From contig CM052816.1 in assembly GCA_028534125.1 (NCBI GenBank), forward strand, positions 7,752,001 to 7,816,000: 64,000 bases of DNA, written 5' to 3'. The stretch's first letter is position 1, and each line of letters begins with the position of its first letter. This DNA comes from Lama glama (taxonomy: Eukaryota). The position numbers were made by a program, and so were the translations under genes. Below, piece after piece: positions 11,755-23,902 of the stretch. The notes under the pieces are model-generated. The model was given only the letters and a program-made list of their open reading frames with translations, ran no database searches and was not told where the DNA came from.

Positions 11755-13453
11755 TCATGAGATGATTTTCTTTTCTTTTCTTTTTGCCTTTTTTTTTAAA
11801 AATTGAAGTATAATCAGTTTTAAATGTTGTGTCAATTCTTGGTGTACAGCATAATGTTTTAGTCATACATGTACATACATATGTTCCTTTTCATATTCTT
11901 TTTCGTTGTAGATTTCTACAAGATATTGAATATAGTTCCCTGTCCTGTACAGTAGAAACTTTTTGTTTATTTTATATATAGTAATTAGTATCTGCAAATC
12001 TTGAACTACCAATTTATCCCTTCCTACCCTCTTTCCCCCTGGTAACCGTAAGTTTGGTCTCTATGTCTGTGAATCTGTTTCTGTTTTGTAAATAAGTTCA
12101 TTTGTGTCACTTTCTTAAATACCGCATATAAGTGATATCATATGGTATTTTTCTTTCTCTTTCTGGCTTATTCACTTAGAATGACAATCTCCAGGTCTAT
12201 CCATGTTGCTGCAAATGACATTATTTTATATATATACATATACATATACACATATACATATACATATATACACATACATATATAAAATCTCAAGATACAT
12301 ATATCACAGCTTCTTTACCTGGTCATCCGTCGATGGACATTTAGGTTGTTTCCATGTCTTGGCTATTGTAAATAGTGCTGCTACGAACATGTAGGGTACA
12401 TGTATCATTTCAAATTAGAACTTCCTCCAGATATATGCCCAGGAGTGGGATTGCTGGCTTATATGGTAAGTCTACTTTCAGTTTTTTAAGGAATCTCCAT
12501 ACTATTTTCAATAATGGCTGCACCAAATTACCTTCCCACTATAGTGAGAGGAGGGTTCCCTTTTCTCCACACCCTCTCCAGCACTTATCGTCTGTGGACT
12601 TTTTAGTGATGACTGGTGTGAGGTGATACTTCATTGCAGTTTTGACTTGCATTTCTCTGATAATTAGCAATATTGAGTGTTTTTTCTTGTGCCTATTGAT
12701 CATTTGTATGTCTTCATTGGAGAATTGCTTATTTACGTCTTCTGCCCATTTTTGGATTGGGTTGTTCATTTTTCTGTTATTAAGTTGTATGAGCTGTTTG
12801 TATATTCTGGAAATTAAGCCCTTGTCAGTCACATAATTTGCAAATATTATTTCCATTCCTTAGGCTGTCTTTTTTTGTTGTTTATAGTTTCCTTTGCTAT
12901 GTAAAAGCTTATAGTTTAATTAGGTCCCATTTGTTTATTTTTGCTTTTATTTCCATTGTCTGGGTAGACTGCCCTAGAAGAACATTGCTAAGATTTATAT
13001 CAGAGAATGTTTTACCTATGTTTTCTCCTAGGAGGTTTATAATGCCTTGTCTTATGTTTAAGTCATGGGTTTATTTCTAGACTCTGTTCTGTTCCACTGA
13101 TCCTTATGTCTATTTTTGTGCCAGTACCACACTATTTTGATTACTTTAGCTCTGTAATACTGTCTGAAATCTGGGAGGGTTATTTCTCCAGCCTTGTTCT
13201 TTTTCTTTAGTATTGTTTTAGCAATTTTGAGTCTTTTGTGATTAAATATAAATTTTAGGGTTATTCCAGTTCTGTGAAAAATGTTATGGGAAATTTGATA
13301 CAGATTGCATGAAATCTGTGGATTGCTTTGGGTAGTATGGCCATTTTAACAGTGTTAATTCTTCCAACTCAAGAGCATGGGGTATGTTTCCATTTCTTTA
13401 AATCATCTTTAATTTCCTTAATCAGTGTTTTGTAGTTCTCATGAGATGTTTTT
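11755..13453 (-). mobile_element. 5'-truncated L1 (~1.7 kb) with TSD and an internal (TA/CATATA)n microsatellite
   Basis: There is a T-rich tail at ~11766-11797 and ORF2 remnants (12539-12856). The TSD tcatgagatg(a/t)tttt starts at 11755 and 13439. Confidence 0.9.
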
Positions 13454-13824
13454 GATCATTAGTTTTAGATAATGAAAGTAAGTAGCTTCTTTTTTAAACT
13501 AGAGAATTTTCAAGAAAAAAGAGAAATAGTCACAGTGGTATAATTGTGTTGTACTAGAATGATATAAATATTTGGTGAAAATTAAGTGTTCCTTCTGCTC
13601 TCTTAATAGACCCTTTGATGTAAGAATCTTTCAAACAATAGTTAAAATTTAGGCACAATTAGCATTTAATTTACTCCAATTAAAAATTGGTTAAATTGGT
13701 GTCTTATAAATACTCACCTCTGTGAGCATACAATTCTAATTTGTCAGTGTGTATAAAAATAGGGTATGTCCACATAATCACATGTATCTTACTATATTTC
13801 TTATCATTTTCCTTCTTCCTCAAG

Positions 13825-14004
13825 GCCCTTGTGTCCTGAAAATTTCTCTCTGCACATTGGCTGATTCTGATGGTGCTGACTCTGACCTGGAGCCTCTGGC
13901 GGCTGAGGGCAATGCCCCCCACCCCGACCCCACTCCTGCCACCCCTGTGCTGGGTTCTGGCCTGCCTGCACTCCTTGCCTTCCTCTGGTGCTTCCCTGGC
14001 TCAG
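13825..14004 (+). other. candidate leader/signal-peptide exon of the BTN-like locus
   Basis: GC-rich island bounded by an acceptor (ttccttcttcctcaag|) and a donor (cag|gtaggt). Two frames give hydrophobic leader-like ends: ...GLPALLAFLWCFPGSG (phase 1) or MPPTPTPLLPPLCWVLACLHSLPSSGASLAQ (phase 0). Confidence 0.4.
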
Positions 14005-14439
14005 GTAGGTGCAATATTGCACAGTGTGGTTCTCTCCCATCATGAATCATCAGTGCTCCTAATAAGTCTGGCAGGTGACTTTGCTTCCTTTACTCAGACT
14101 CATCTGCCCAACCCAGGAAAATGGCTCAGGTTAAGTTTCAGGATCGAATGTCAATTAGAATTTAATTAGTAATGAGTCAATAAGGAAGATGGAGGTGAAT
14201 GCAACTAAACTTCTAACCTCCACTGACTTCCCAGTGACTTTCATCCTCTAATTTGTATTTGTATGTGTATTGTTATAGGAGAATTCATTCTTTGAAATCT
14301 TTAAGGCTTATGTAGAGTTCCCAGTAATCCACATGGCTAATTTTTCCTCCAATTTTATTTGTTCTATATGGAATTATTTTACTTAGTACAAGTATTTTTA
14401 CTCCTAAATATAAATATTCTAATATTTTAGATTGAAAAA

Positions 14440-16660
14440 GTGAAATAGAACATTCTCTAAGATAGACCACACACTAGGACACAAAACAAGCCTCAACAAA
14501 TTTAAGAAGATGGAAATGACTTCAAGGGTCTTTTCTGACCACAATGGCATGAGACTAGAAGTCAGCCACAGAATGGGAAACAAGTGAAAAAACAATTGTA
14601 TGGAGACTAAGCAACATGCTTTCAAAATAAAACAGTGGGTCAACAATTAAATCAAAGAGGAAATAAAAAATGACTCAAGACAAGTGACAGTGAAAACACA
14701 ACCATACAAAATCTGTGGAACACAGCAAAGGCAGTCCTATGAGGGAAGCTTGTAGCAATACAAGCCTTCCTAAACAAAACAAGAAAAAATCCCAGATAAA
14801 CAGCCTAAACTACCACCTAAAGGAATTAGAAAAAGAACAGCAACAACAACAACAACAAAAAAGCCCCTAAAGTCAGCAGAAGGAAGGAAATGATAAGGAT
14901 CAGAGAGGAAATAAAATAGAGATTTTAAAAAATGGAAAAAAATTAATAAAACCAAGAGCTGGTTTTTTGAAAGGATAAATAAAATCAGCAAACCTCTGGC
15001 AAGGCTCATTAAGAAGAAAAGAGACAAGACCCAAATAAACAAAATAAGAAATAAAGAGGAGAAATAACTGATGGTGCAGAAACACAAAAAAGAACTATAA
15101 GAAAATGTTATGAACAGTTATATGTCAACAAAATGGACAACCTAGAAGAAATGGACAAATTCCTAGAAACATACAATCTGCCAAAACTGAATCAACAAGA
15201 AGAAACAGAATTTGAACATACCAATCATTAGAAGTGAAGTGGAATCCATTAAAAAAAAAAATCCTGCAAACAAATCCAGAACTGGATTGCTTCCCTGGGA
15301 AATTCTACCAAACATACAAAGAACTTATACCTAGCCTTCTCAGACTCTTCCAGAAGACTTAAGAGGAGTCTCTTAAGTGATGGTGGCTTCATGGAATGGC
15401 ACTCCCTAAGTCATTCCATGAAGCCACCATCCCTCAGATACCAAAACTAGACAGAGCACCAGAAAAGAAAATTACAGGCCAGTATCACTGATGAATATAG
15501 ATTTAAAAATCCTGAACAAAATATTAGCAAACTGAGCCCAACACCACCTCTGACAGGGGCAGTGGAGTGTGAAAGAGCAGACTCAAATATAATCAGAAGC
15601 AGCTCAAGTCAAGGAAACCAGAAACTTGTGCTAGTTCTAGCGCCACCCACTGGAAATCAAAAGAAAGGCCTCTAATTTCTAAATTATTGAAATCATTAGA
15701 ATCAAGTTCTAATGTTGTTGCCTACTTCAGTGCACTGGCAGAGGAACAAGTCATCAAGCACCATGAAGAACCACAGGAACACTGTACCTCAAAAAGGAGA
15801 TGACACATGTACAGAAATCAAGCTTAAATTCAGGAAATACTGTGATCTAACAGTTGGAAGATTCAAAATAAGTGTCATTAAAAAACTCAACAAGCTACAA
15901 TAAAACTCAGAAAGGCAGTTCAATAAGCTCAGGAATAAAGTTAATGAAGAGTTCTTTACCGAAGAGATTGAAACTTTAAAAAAGAACCAAACTGATATTC
16001 TGGAGCTGAAGGCTCGTGTGTGGGAAAGCCAGAGGGCTTTAGGAAACAGGGACTCCACTCTTAAAGGGCTCATGCAAAACTGTACGTTCTCCAAGGCCCA
16101 GTGCAGAGGGATTAATCTGAAAGGACCTTGGGTCAGGCCTACTTACAGATCTTAAAGAGCTTCCCAGAGAGGTAGGAGGCAACTGGAACTCCGCCTGGGG
16201 GCATAGACTCTGGCGGAAGCCGTTTTGGCAAGCTCGTTCTACCACGAGGACAGTTGTGCTGGCAAGTGCCATTTTGCAGTCTTCCCTCTAGCCTCTTAGG
16301 ACCAACGGCTTACCTGCATACCAGGCCGTGGCAGCAGTCCTGAGATTCCCCCAACCAAGCAGTCATCCATCCTGGGGCCCAGCCCTGCCCACCCGTGGGC
16401 TGCATCAGCCACCGGACCCCCTGGTTCACACAGCCAACCGTGCCAACATCTGGCCGCACTCACCAGTGGGCTGACCGCCTCCGCACAAGGCAGAGCCTGA
16501 CAGCCAACCAGGCTCGGGGCCAGCCCCACCTACCTGCATGCCCAGAGTCGTCTACCCCACCAAAACAGAAGCGCCCACACAGCCCACCTAGGGGACACCC
16601 CTAGGACATATAGCCCTGGTGACTGGAGGGGAGTGTGCTGCTGGGCCCCACAGGCTGTGT
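14440..16660 (+). mobile_element. L1 fragments: ORF2 (~14440-15545), ORF1 start (~15546-16010), 5' UTR-like (~16011-16660)
   Basis: An A-rich ORF2 linker, an ORF1-like FKISVIKKLNKLQ segment and a GC-rich 5' UTR-like block. Confidence 0.8.
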
Positions 16661-17104
16661 TTATAATGTTTATGAGCAGTGTTTTAAAGCCCTTGTCTGC
16701 TCACTCCATTGTTGGTTTTTCTCCTGTGTTTGTTTCTCCTGGTTACCAGTCACATTTTTGTACTTCTTCCCATGTCTGCTTGTTTTAATTGGACATAGGA
16801 TGTGTGATTTTTTCATTGTTGGGTGACAGATTTTGTTTAATTCCTGTAAAGAGTTTTGGACACAATTCAGTGAGAATGGAGGCAGGGTATCTATCGATTC
16901 CCACTTTTTGTGCAGGTGACTGGAAATCACTAGGTAGGAAGCAGGGGTGATTTCAGGTCTCTTTATTTGTTTCCCTTCCTCAGGGATCACAATTCTGTAT
17001 TACCTGTTTCATATTTTATTATTTACTCATTTATGATGGGAGAACTTCTTGTGTAGCCGTTACCTTTTCATGGATGGAAGCCAAAGTCCATTAAATGACC
17101 TTCC

Positions 17105-17600
17105 TTGTCAAAATGTATGTGACTTTGTATCCAAACATAGCTAATCCCTACTTTATTATGTTTAATGAGAGGAAACTGGTTTTCTCCAGTTTCAAAAAGC
17201 ATCATTCTTCAGAGAACAGAAAGCACTTTGAAACTCTGATGTCTATGTTGGGAGGAGAGATGTTTTCTGATGGTGATCACTGCTGGGAGGTGAGGGTCCC
17301 AAGGAAGTCCATTGGACCTTCATTTGGACTCAGGTCACTGCGAAAGAAAGGTGTATATACTTAGCTGACTACCATTTCCTGTTCACTGAGCCTCAGGAAC
17401 AACCCATTTGAAGTTCTTTCTCAGCATTCTCTCCTTTACTTCAGATAGTCCTGTCACTATGGTGAGGCTCTAGTCTATTATGTGACAGAGTGGACCCATA
17501 TTTATAGCTTTTTTATACCTTCCTCCAATCTCTTTTCCATGTTTTTTCCCCTAAGATCCTCGGCGATGCCTTCACTTGCAACTGCCTTCAGTCTTGGACA
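17105..17600 (+). pseudogene. B30.2 (PRY/SPRY) terminal exon relic
   Basis: VTLYPNIANPYFIM...SENRKHFETLMSMLGGEMFSDGDHCWEVRV matches the consensus VTLDP.TA.P.L...PDNPERF....VLG...F.SG.HYWEVEV. Downstream YVTEWTHIYSF (~17478-17510) resembles YNVTD.SHIYTF. Stops and frameshifts are present. Confidence 0.85.
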
Positions 17601-18932
17601 ACCAGAAAGTCACACTGATATATATCATGACCCGGGCTGACTGGAGCCTTCTTGTGCTGATTACTGGATCTTGAGATCTCTTAGTGTTGCTAATATGTAG
17701 ATAAAAATTTACTCAAGCGAGCCGAGACTCTATTTCCTACCAGTCACACTGAGAGAGCAATGATAGCAATGCCAGTTTTTCATGGCTTTTTGAATAGCCT
17801 GTGGTATCTTGCAAAGAAAAGATACTGAGAAAATAGTGTTTTGGAACACTTTATGTAAACACAGATGTAAGTCACTGTTGTTGCTGGTAAGCCATAACTC
17901 ATATGTTCATGACTTAAGTCATCTATTTTGAAAATATTTAAAATAGCGTAAGTGTGGATTTCACCACACCACCACAGTTTATTAAAATCAGCATCCCTCT
18001 TCTATTATTTGTATCACAAAACTTCTTGGAGACACTAGTTTTTCAATGTTGAGATGATTTTTTTTTCTTTTTATCTATGCTGTCCTGCCATCTCAGTCTC
18101 CCTCTCAGTTCTCAGTGTTTTTGTTTGTTGGTTTTGTTTGATTGGTTTCTTGATTGTTTTCTTATACAGGTTGTCGGTTTAGTTATGTCTGGAGGCCAAG
18201 AGCTAGGGTTCCAGCAGCAGATTTTCTGGGTCAGAACCCCTGTTCTTCTACTCTTTGCCAAGAAGACACTGAGTAAGTCTCTTGGCCTTTCTCTTCCTCA
18301 GTTTAGTCAACTATAAATGACTATAAGTTATAAAGTCCTCACCTTTCTCATAGCATTAGCAGAGAAATCTGTTTTAAAATGTCTGACAAGTAAAAGGGAC
18401 TAAAATAAAACTTTCAAACTGGCAGCATATTGGTTACTCTGGTGCTTTAAGCACATATCTATTCTAATGGGAGCACATACCACAAATACAAGGATTTCTT
18501 GTTATCTGGACTCTCATCATAAAAATATTTGCCATTATGATTTTCATATATTGAAGATCGTGAAGGAGCGAGCCCTTCATGGAGAAAAGTGATAGAGACA
18601 GAAGGAACTGAATTTTAAAAGTCCTTGAGTTGAGTTCAAGTCTCACTTTATAAAGGAAAAACCTGTTATAGCAGGTCCACAGACATCTTGTGAAAATATT
18701 TAAATTGTATAAAAGTCCAGGCAAGAGGACAGAGCATGTGCTACAGTTGTATTTCAGCTTTACTTCAAGGAATAGTAACAGTGACTTGAATTATTTGAAG
18801 GGAAAGTAACAGGAATGCAGCCATGATTTACCTACTTTTGTTCCCAGTGCTCCAGCCGTTCTAGCCTCCTTACTGTTCCTGGCGACACGTGCTCTGCCCC
18901 TACGGCTTAGAACATGTTTGTCACATTGTAGC

Positions 18933-19280
18933 TGTGTTAATCCATCCGGGCTGCTATAACAAAAATACCATAGACTGGCTGGCTTAAAAACAAATTCATC
19001 CTCATAGTTCTAGAGGCTGGAAAGTCTAAGATCAACAGACTGGAAGATTCACTATCTGGTGAGAGCCCTCTTCCTGGTTCATAGATGGCGGTCTTCTCAC
19101 TGCGTCCACATACGGCAGACAGGGTGAGGGAGCTCTCTGGGGTATCTTTTATAAGGGCACTGATACCATTCACGAGGATTCCACCTTTATGACCTCATCA
19201 CCTCCCAACAGCCCCACCTCTAAATACCATTATATTGGGGCTTGTTTTCACCATAAGCATTTTGAGGGGACACAAATTAA
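18933..19280 (-). mobile_element. ERVL-MaLR LTR (MLT1A-like)
   Basis: gggctgctataacaaaaataccatagactgg...ttttataagggcactga is typical of MLT1. Confidence 0.85.
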
Positions 19281-19626
19281 TACAGTAAGTGCACAATAAA
19301 TGCTGATCATTATCATCATCATCTACCCTTGGTATATCAGCAGCAATCACTTTGACATTTACGATAAACAGTGCCCTGAACCTCCAGCCCAGAAAGTCAT
19401 ATCAAAGTCTAGCCTCCCCCAAGAATTTCTATGTTTATAATGTAAAGCTCAAATTTGGTACTAGCATCTGGATTTCAATAGTAGCTCAGTATAGTGGTCA
19501 ATTTGTTTTCTCTTAGGTGCTTGTCTTAGTTTGTAAAATACCACTCCAGACATAGAATACAGCATTATTCCCTCATTTCACCAAATATATCAACCATAAA
19601 TGGTGCTTTTCTGTGTTGTGTTCTTT

Positions 19627-20083
19627 AAAGGTTGTGTTCACTATTGTAAACAGTGCTGCTATGAACATTGGGGTGCAGGTGTCTTTTTGAAGTAGGGTTC
19701 CTTCTGGATATAAGCCCAGGAGCAGGATTCCTGGGTCATATGGTAAATCTGTTCCTAGTCTTTTGAGGAATCGCCATACTGTTTTCCACAGTGGCTGCAC
19801 CAAACTGCATTCCCACCAGCAGTGTAGGAGGGTTCCCTTTCTCCACAGCCTCTCCAGCATTTGTTATTTGTGGACTTTTGAATGATGGCCATTCGGACTG
19901 GTGTGAGGTGATACCTCATTGTAGTTTTGATTTGCATTTCTCTGATAATTAGTATATTGAGCATTTTTTCATGTGCCTAATGATCATTTGTATGTTCCTA
20001 TAAAACTGAAAAATTGTGTTCCACACTGAAAATTGACACATTTTAAACTGACTATAACTCAATAATTAAAAAAAGATTGTGCT
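19627..20083 (+). mobile_element. 5'-inverted (twin-primed) L1
   Basis: An antisense ORF2 3' segment (~19640-19995) is joined to a sense L1 3' terminus with A-tail (~19998-20074). The imperfect TSD is aaaggttgtgtt / aaagattgtgct. Confidence 0.75.
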
Positions 20084-21352
20084 GAAATCTAGAAATTACC
20101 TTGTAGTCTCTCAAAACATTGGGCGCTGACTAGTGGGCAGTCCCACTACATTTCCAAGAGCATCTCAAGGACCAGCTTACTGTTTCCAGTGTATTCATTC
20201 CTTCTTTCACACTCCTTCCTGATGCCTGTAGTCCTGCTCCTTGCTTGACATTATATGGTCTAGAGGGTCTCAGTGTGGATCAGAGTTGGAGACTTGGAAA
20301 ATGTATAAAAAGAAGGGTTAAACTGAATAATTCTGAGCCCAGGAGAAAGTTAAGAGAGTAGAAAGCCAGAGACACTTTCCTTGGAGCACAAGGTCCATTT
20401 CATGGATGCTCAGAAATATGTCAATGTCTTCCATCAGGAGTCCTGAGAGAGGCCAGGGTCCACAATGTACAGCAGTGTGTCTGGGGAGTAGATAATTATC
20501 TTCCACATGCAGATTCAATTCCCTGCCATTCCACGGAGTGCAGCTCATGCACATTCCCCCAAAAAGGAAAGCTACAGCACTGATCCACCCATTTATACCT
20601 GGGAAGGAAAGAGTTAACAGCACCTCTGGCTGCTTGGGTCTTTATTGGTTATTGTATATAAAACTGGAATTTATGGTTTGTACTGCCCAGCTGGAGAGTG
20701 AAACTTAAGTCATATAGGTTCCCTACCTCTGTGTTTGATGTAATATAAAAACTAAGAATTTAAAGTGGCTTCCTCAGACTCTTTTAAATCACACGTGTTA
20801 CCCACCTTGTTAGCTCCCATCTCTTAATGTAAAACAAAAATACATCCCAGGAGGGGAAAATGACTTTATTGAGAATTACATCATATGATCTTGGACCGTT
20901 TCAGAGGTGGATGTTGCCATCTCTGTCCTTGCTTTTTCTATCTTTTACTAATAGCTAAGTTTAGTGTTAGGTATGGCTTGTGATTGCTGTGAATCTGCTT
21001 TGACAGTTCAACATTTGTGGTGTGTAATGACTTGATCAGAACTGTTTCAGCAAGCTTCTGAGATTACTATAAATCCTAACACTCGACTCCTTATTACTAC
21101 CTTCTTTTCTTGTCTATTTGTTAATATCTCATTCCTTCAAGATTTCTTGTTCTTGTCTTTTTCTGCTGCCTTTGATATCTTAGTGTTAATCACTCACTCT
21201 GAGGAAATCATTCGCAGAACCTTTTTTCTACCCAAGTTACACAAAAGATGGACAATCATTCTATTTGGTTAAATATACTAAAACCTAGGATCCAAACAAT
21301 TTTTAGATATTGACTTCTTAACTGAGCTCCTTGTCTCCTTCACGTTTCGCAG

Positions 21353-21618
21353 GATTAGGAAGGTTCCCCACACTTTCTCATCAAGAACAGTGATGCCAGA
21401 GTTGTGCATCTGGTGTGTCAGGCTGCCGGCTGGTACTTAGAGCCTGAGGCAACCTGGCGAGATCCCAAAGGACAGAATTTAAAGCCACGCTCTGAAAACA
21501 TCAGAGCAGGTGGAAACAGCCTGTTCTCCACTGAGTCTTCAGTCCTGGTAACTCTGCCCTCGTTGGTCCTCAACCCCAGGCTCAACCACAAGAAGGAAAC
21601 AACTATTTCTGTTGGAAG
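21353..21618 (+). pseudogene. butyrophilin-like IgC exon, copy 2
   Basis: Acceptor cttcacgtttcgcag| and donor ag|gttagt. Translation: GLG/GSPHFLIKNSDARVVHLVCQAAGWYLEPEATWRDPKGQNL...LFSTESSVLV...NPRLNHKKETTISV. There is a 1-nt frameshift near 21361 and the second Ig Cys is deleted. Confidence 0.88.
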
Positions 21619-22345
21619 GTTAGTTTCTGCATTATTACACCTCATTGCCTTGAGAAGTGTTTCAAAAGCTGCGTTTCTTGTGTATTGTTGAATTTTTAAT
21701 AGCAAGGAAAATAATTCTGAGTCCCTGCACTGTCCTTTTTAGGCAACTTTCAAGTACCAAATTGAATTATTCTGTTGAAAGGCTCCTACTTGGACTAGAG
21801 TTGCCTGCAAATCTTTGCCAAGTAAGGTTTGATATGAAATTCAAAATTCACAATATTCTTTCTTGAGCTTAGGTTTCTTAGCAGAGTCTGATTTGTAAAT
21901 AATGAATATAATCATTGGTGACAGTAAGTTGGCTGGAAGCACAGTGAAGGCGCAGCTGTCCTTTATCCTTACATAAGGGCTTCTTTTATTCATAATATGT
22001 ATGCAATGACACAGTAAACAGTTAAATTATATTAAAATCGTTGGAATGATTGTTTTGTCTGTAGGACACCAGGAAAGTGATTTGGATTATTTTACGAGTC
22101 AATTTAAATAAAAATGGTGTAGCCATGTGTGTAGTGATCAAATTAGGACAAGCCCACCCCCTCTGTTACAGACAGGGGCTATAGTAGAGAAGAACTTAAA
22201 TAATTTTTAAAAAAGACACAGAGAAATGGTAAGATGCATTAAGGTCAGCATGAACTAGATATCTGGCTTTTTTGAGAAACGGAGTACATACTGACAGACA
22301 TTGCCACTTACCCTGATTGATGTCTGTATTTTCCTTCTGTGACAG

Positions 22346-22437
22346 AAATACTATACAGATAATTTGGAGTATTATTTTAACTGTGGTCTGCATTCCTGTG
22401 GCTGTTTTCTTCATCACAGTGCAAGGACGATCTAAAA
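22346..22437 (+). pseudogene. transmembrane exon of BTN-like copy 2
   Basis: Acceptor ttttccttctgtgacag| and donor aaa|gtaagt. It encodes NTIQIIWSIILTVVCIPVAVFFITVQGRSK (a hydrophobic helix with a basic stop-transfer end), 0.7 kb after the IgC exon. Confidence 0.7.
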
Positions 22438-23902
22438 GTAAGTGGGTTGGGGCAATGTGCTGACTGTCATTTGAATTTTCCATTACTGGGACCTAGCGGA
22501 GTAAGATGGTGCCCTGGAAGAGTAAAATGGTTCTCTAAAAGAGTTAAATGATGTGCATGTGAAAAAGACTGAAGGCTTGGAAAGCAGGAATATGAAGGGT
22601 CATTTTTTGGTAGTACTATTTCAGTTGGGAATCTTGGTTTTTATCTTGGTACTGAATTCTGTCTTTCTGCTGTAGAAAAGATGTTATTTGCCCAACACAG
22701 TAGATTCCCACATGGGCCCTAATCCTTCAGCCTCCCTTAGTTTGGCTTCAGTTAGGAATGATATGAGTGCCTTTCCCTCAGCTCTACTGCCCCGAGTAAC
22801 CTGGCTCCCATGATGGTGCAGATGAGATGGCCAGCAGTGAAGTGTGGGACGCCACTATGTACACTGCGGCAGAAGAAAAGCAAACGATCAAAATAAGTTT
22901 ATTAGACAGAAGGCAAAAGTACAGAAATAACCAGTTTTTGAATAAGGGGATAATTTAGAGGTAATTTAAACATTCTCAAATGTTCTCTTGAAGAACACAT
23001 TCCCTAGATGTTAATTAGGGGAGATTTGGAGAAATACTTGATTAAATAAAGTTTAAAATTTTTACTTAAAAATTATGAGATATTAAATGGTAAAATGAAT
23101 TATGAATCTCTAAAAGTATTTCGTATTTTCTGAAATATTTTCTGAAATATTCTTCCATGAAATTAAGATTTATAAATATCCAAATATTATGAAGTAAATT
23201 AATTTGAAAAAATACATAAAATGTAATTAATTAGAGTTCTTTTTACATCCATAGATACTTGTTTTCTGTTTTCTTTGCATTTCTGATCTTCCCAATTATC
23301 CGTAAGAATTTTCTACACTTTTTTTCAGACTACTATACATTCTTTGCCTTTTTTTTTTAATTGAAGTGTAGTCTTAAAGGGAGGGACTGAAATGCCTGGA
23401 CTCACCTGGTCAGCTCGAAGGTCTTTGCAGGCTTGAGCCATTTGAAGCATGTAATGTAGTAACACAGGTTCATTGCTTAAGGCTCTGTCTTGTCAAGACA
23501 GCTGGAAAGACGTTTTACCTCTTGTCCTATTTCCTTAACAACCTCATGAGGGTCTGTTTCCCTAGCAACTACAAGCACAGCACCTGGTAAACCCACACAT
23601 CGTGGTCCTCGGGCACACAGCTTGGCGAGTAGACGAGGGCCCTTTCCCCCTTGGCTGAGGCAGGCCAGCTCCAGCATGACTGAACAGCTTGGTGAAAGCA
23701 ATGCAGCCTGGACTGTCGACTCTTACCCTTATCCGCCCGCCAGGTGCCCTTGTGGGGTGAGCAACCTGCACAACATTGTGGGACAGCCTGACTGGCCCCA
23801 GGCTGGCTCAGACCTCAGACTTGAACTCCCCCACCCTCCCTGCCCCAGGCCTATTGCAGTTCACTTGCTCATCGCTCTGAGCAGCTTAGCTTCCCTGTGG
23901 AC

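Noticed and set aside
20380..20560. Possible BTN IgV exon (MDAQ motif)
   Set aside because: No Cys, WFR or D.G.Y.C motifs and no convincing splice sites.
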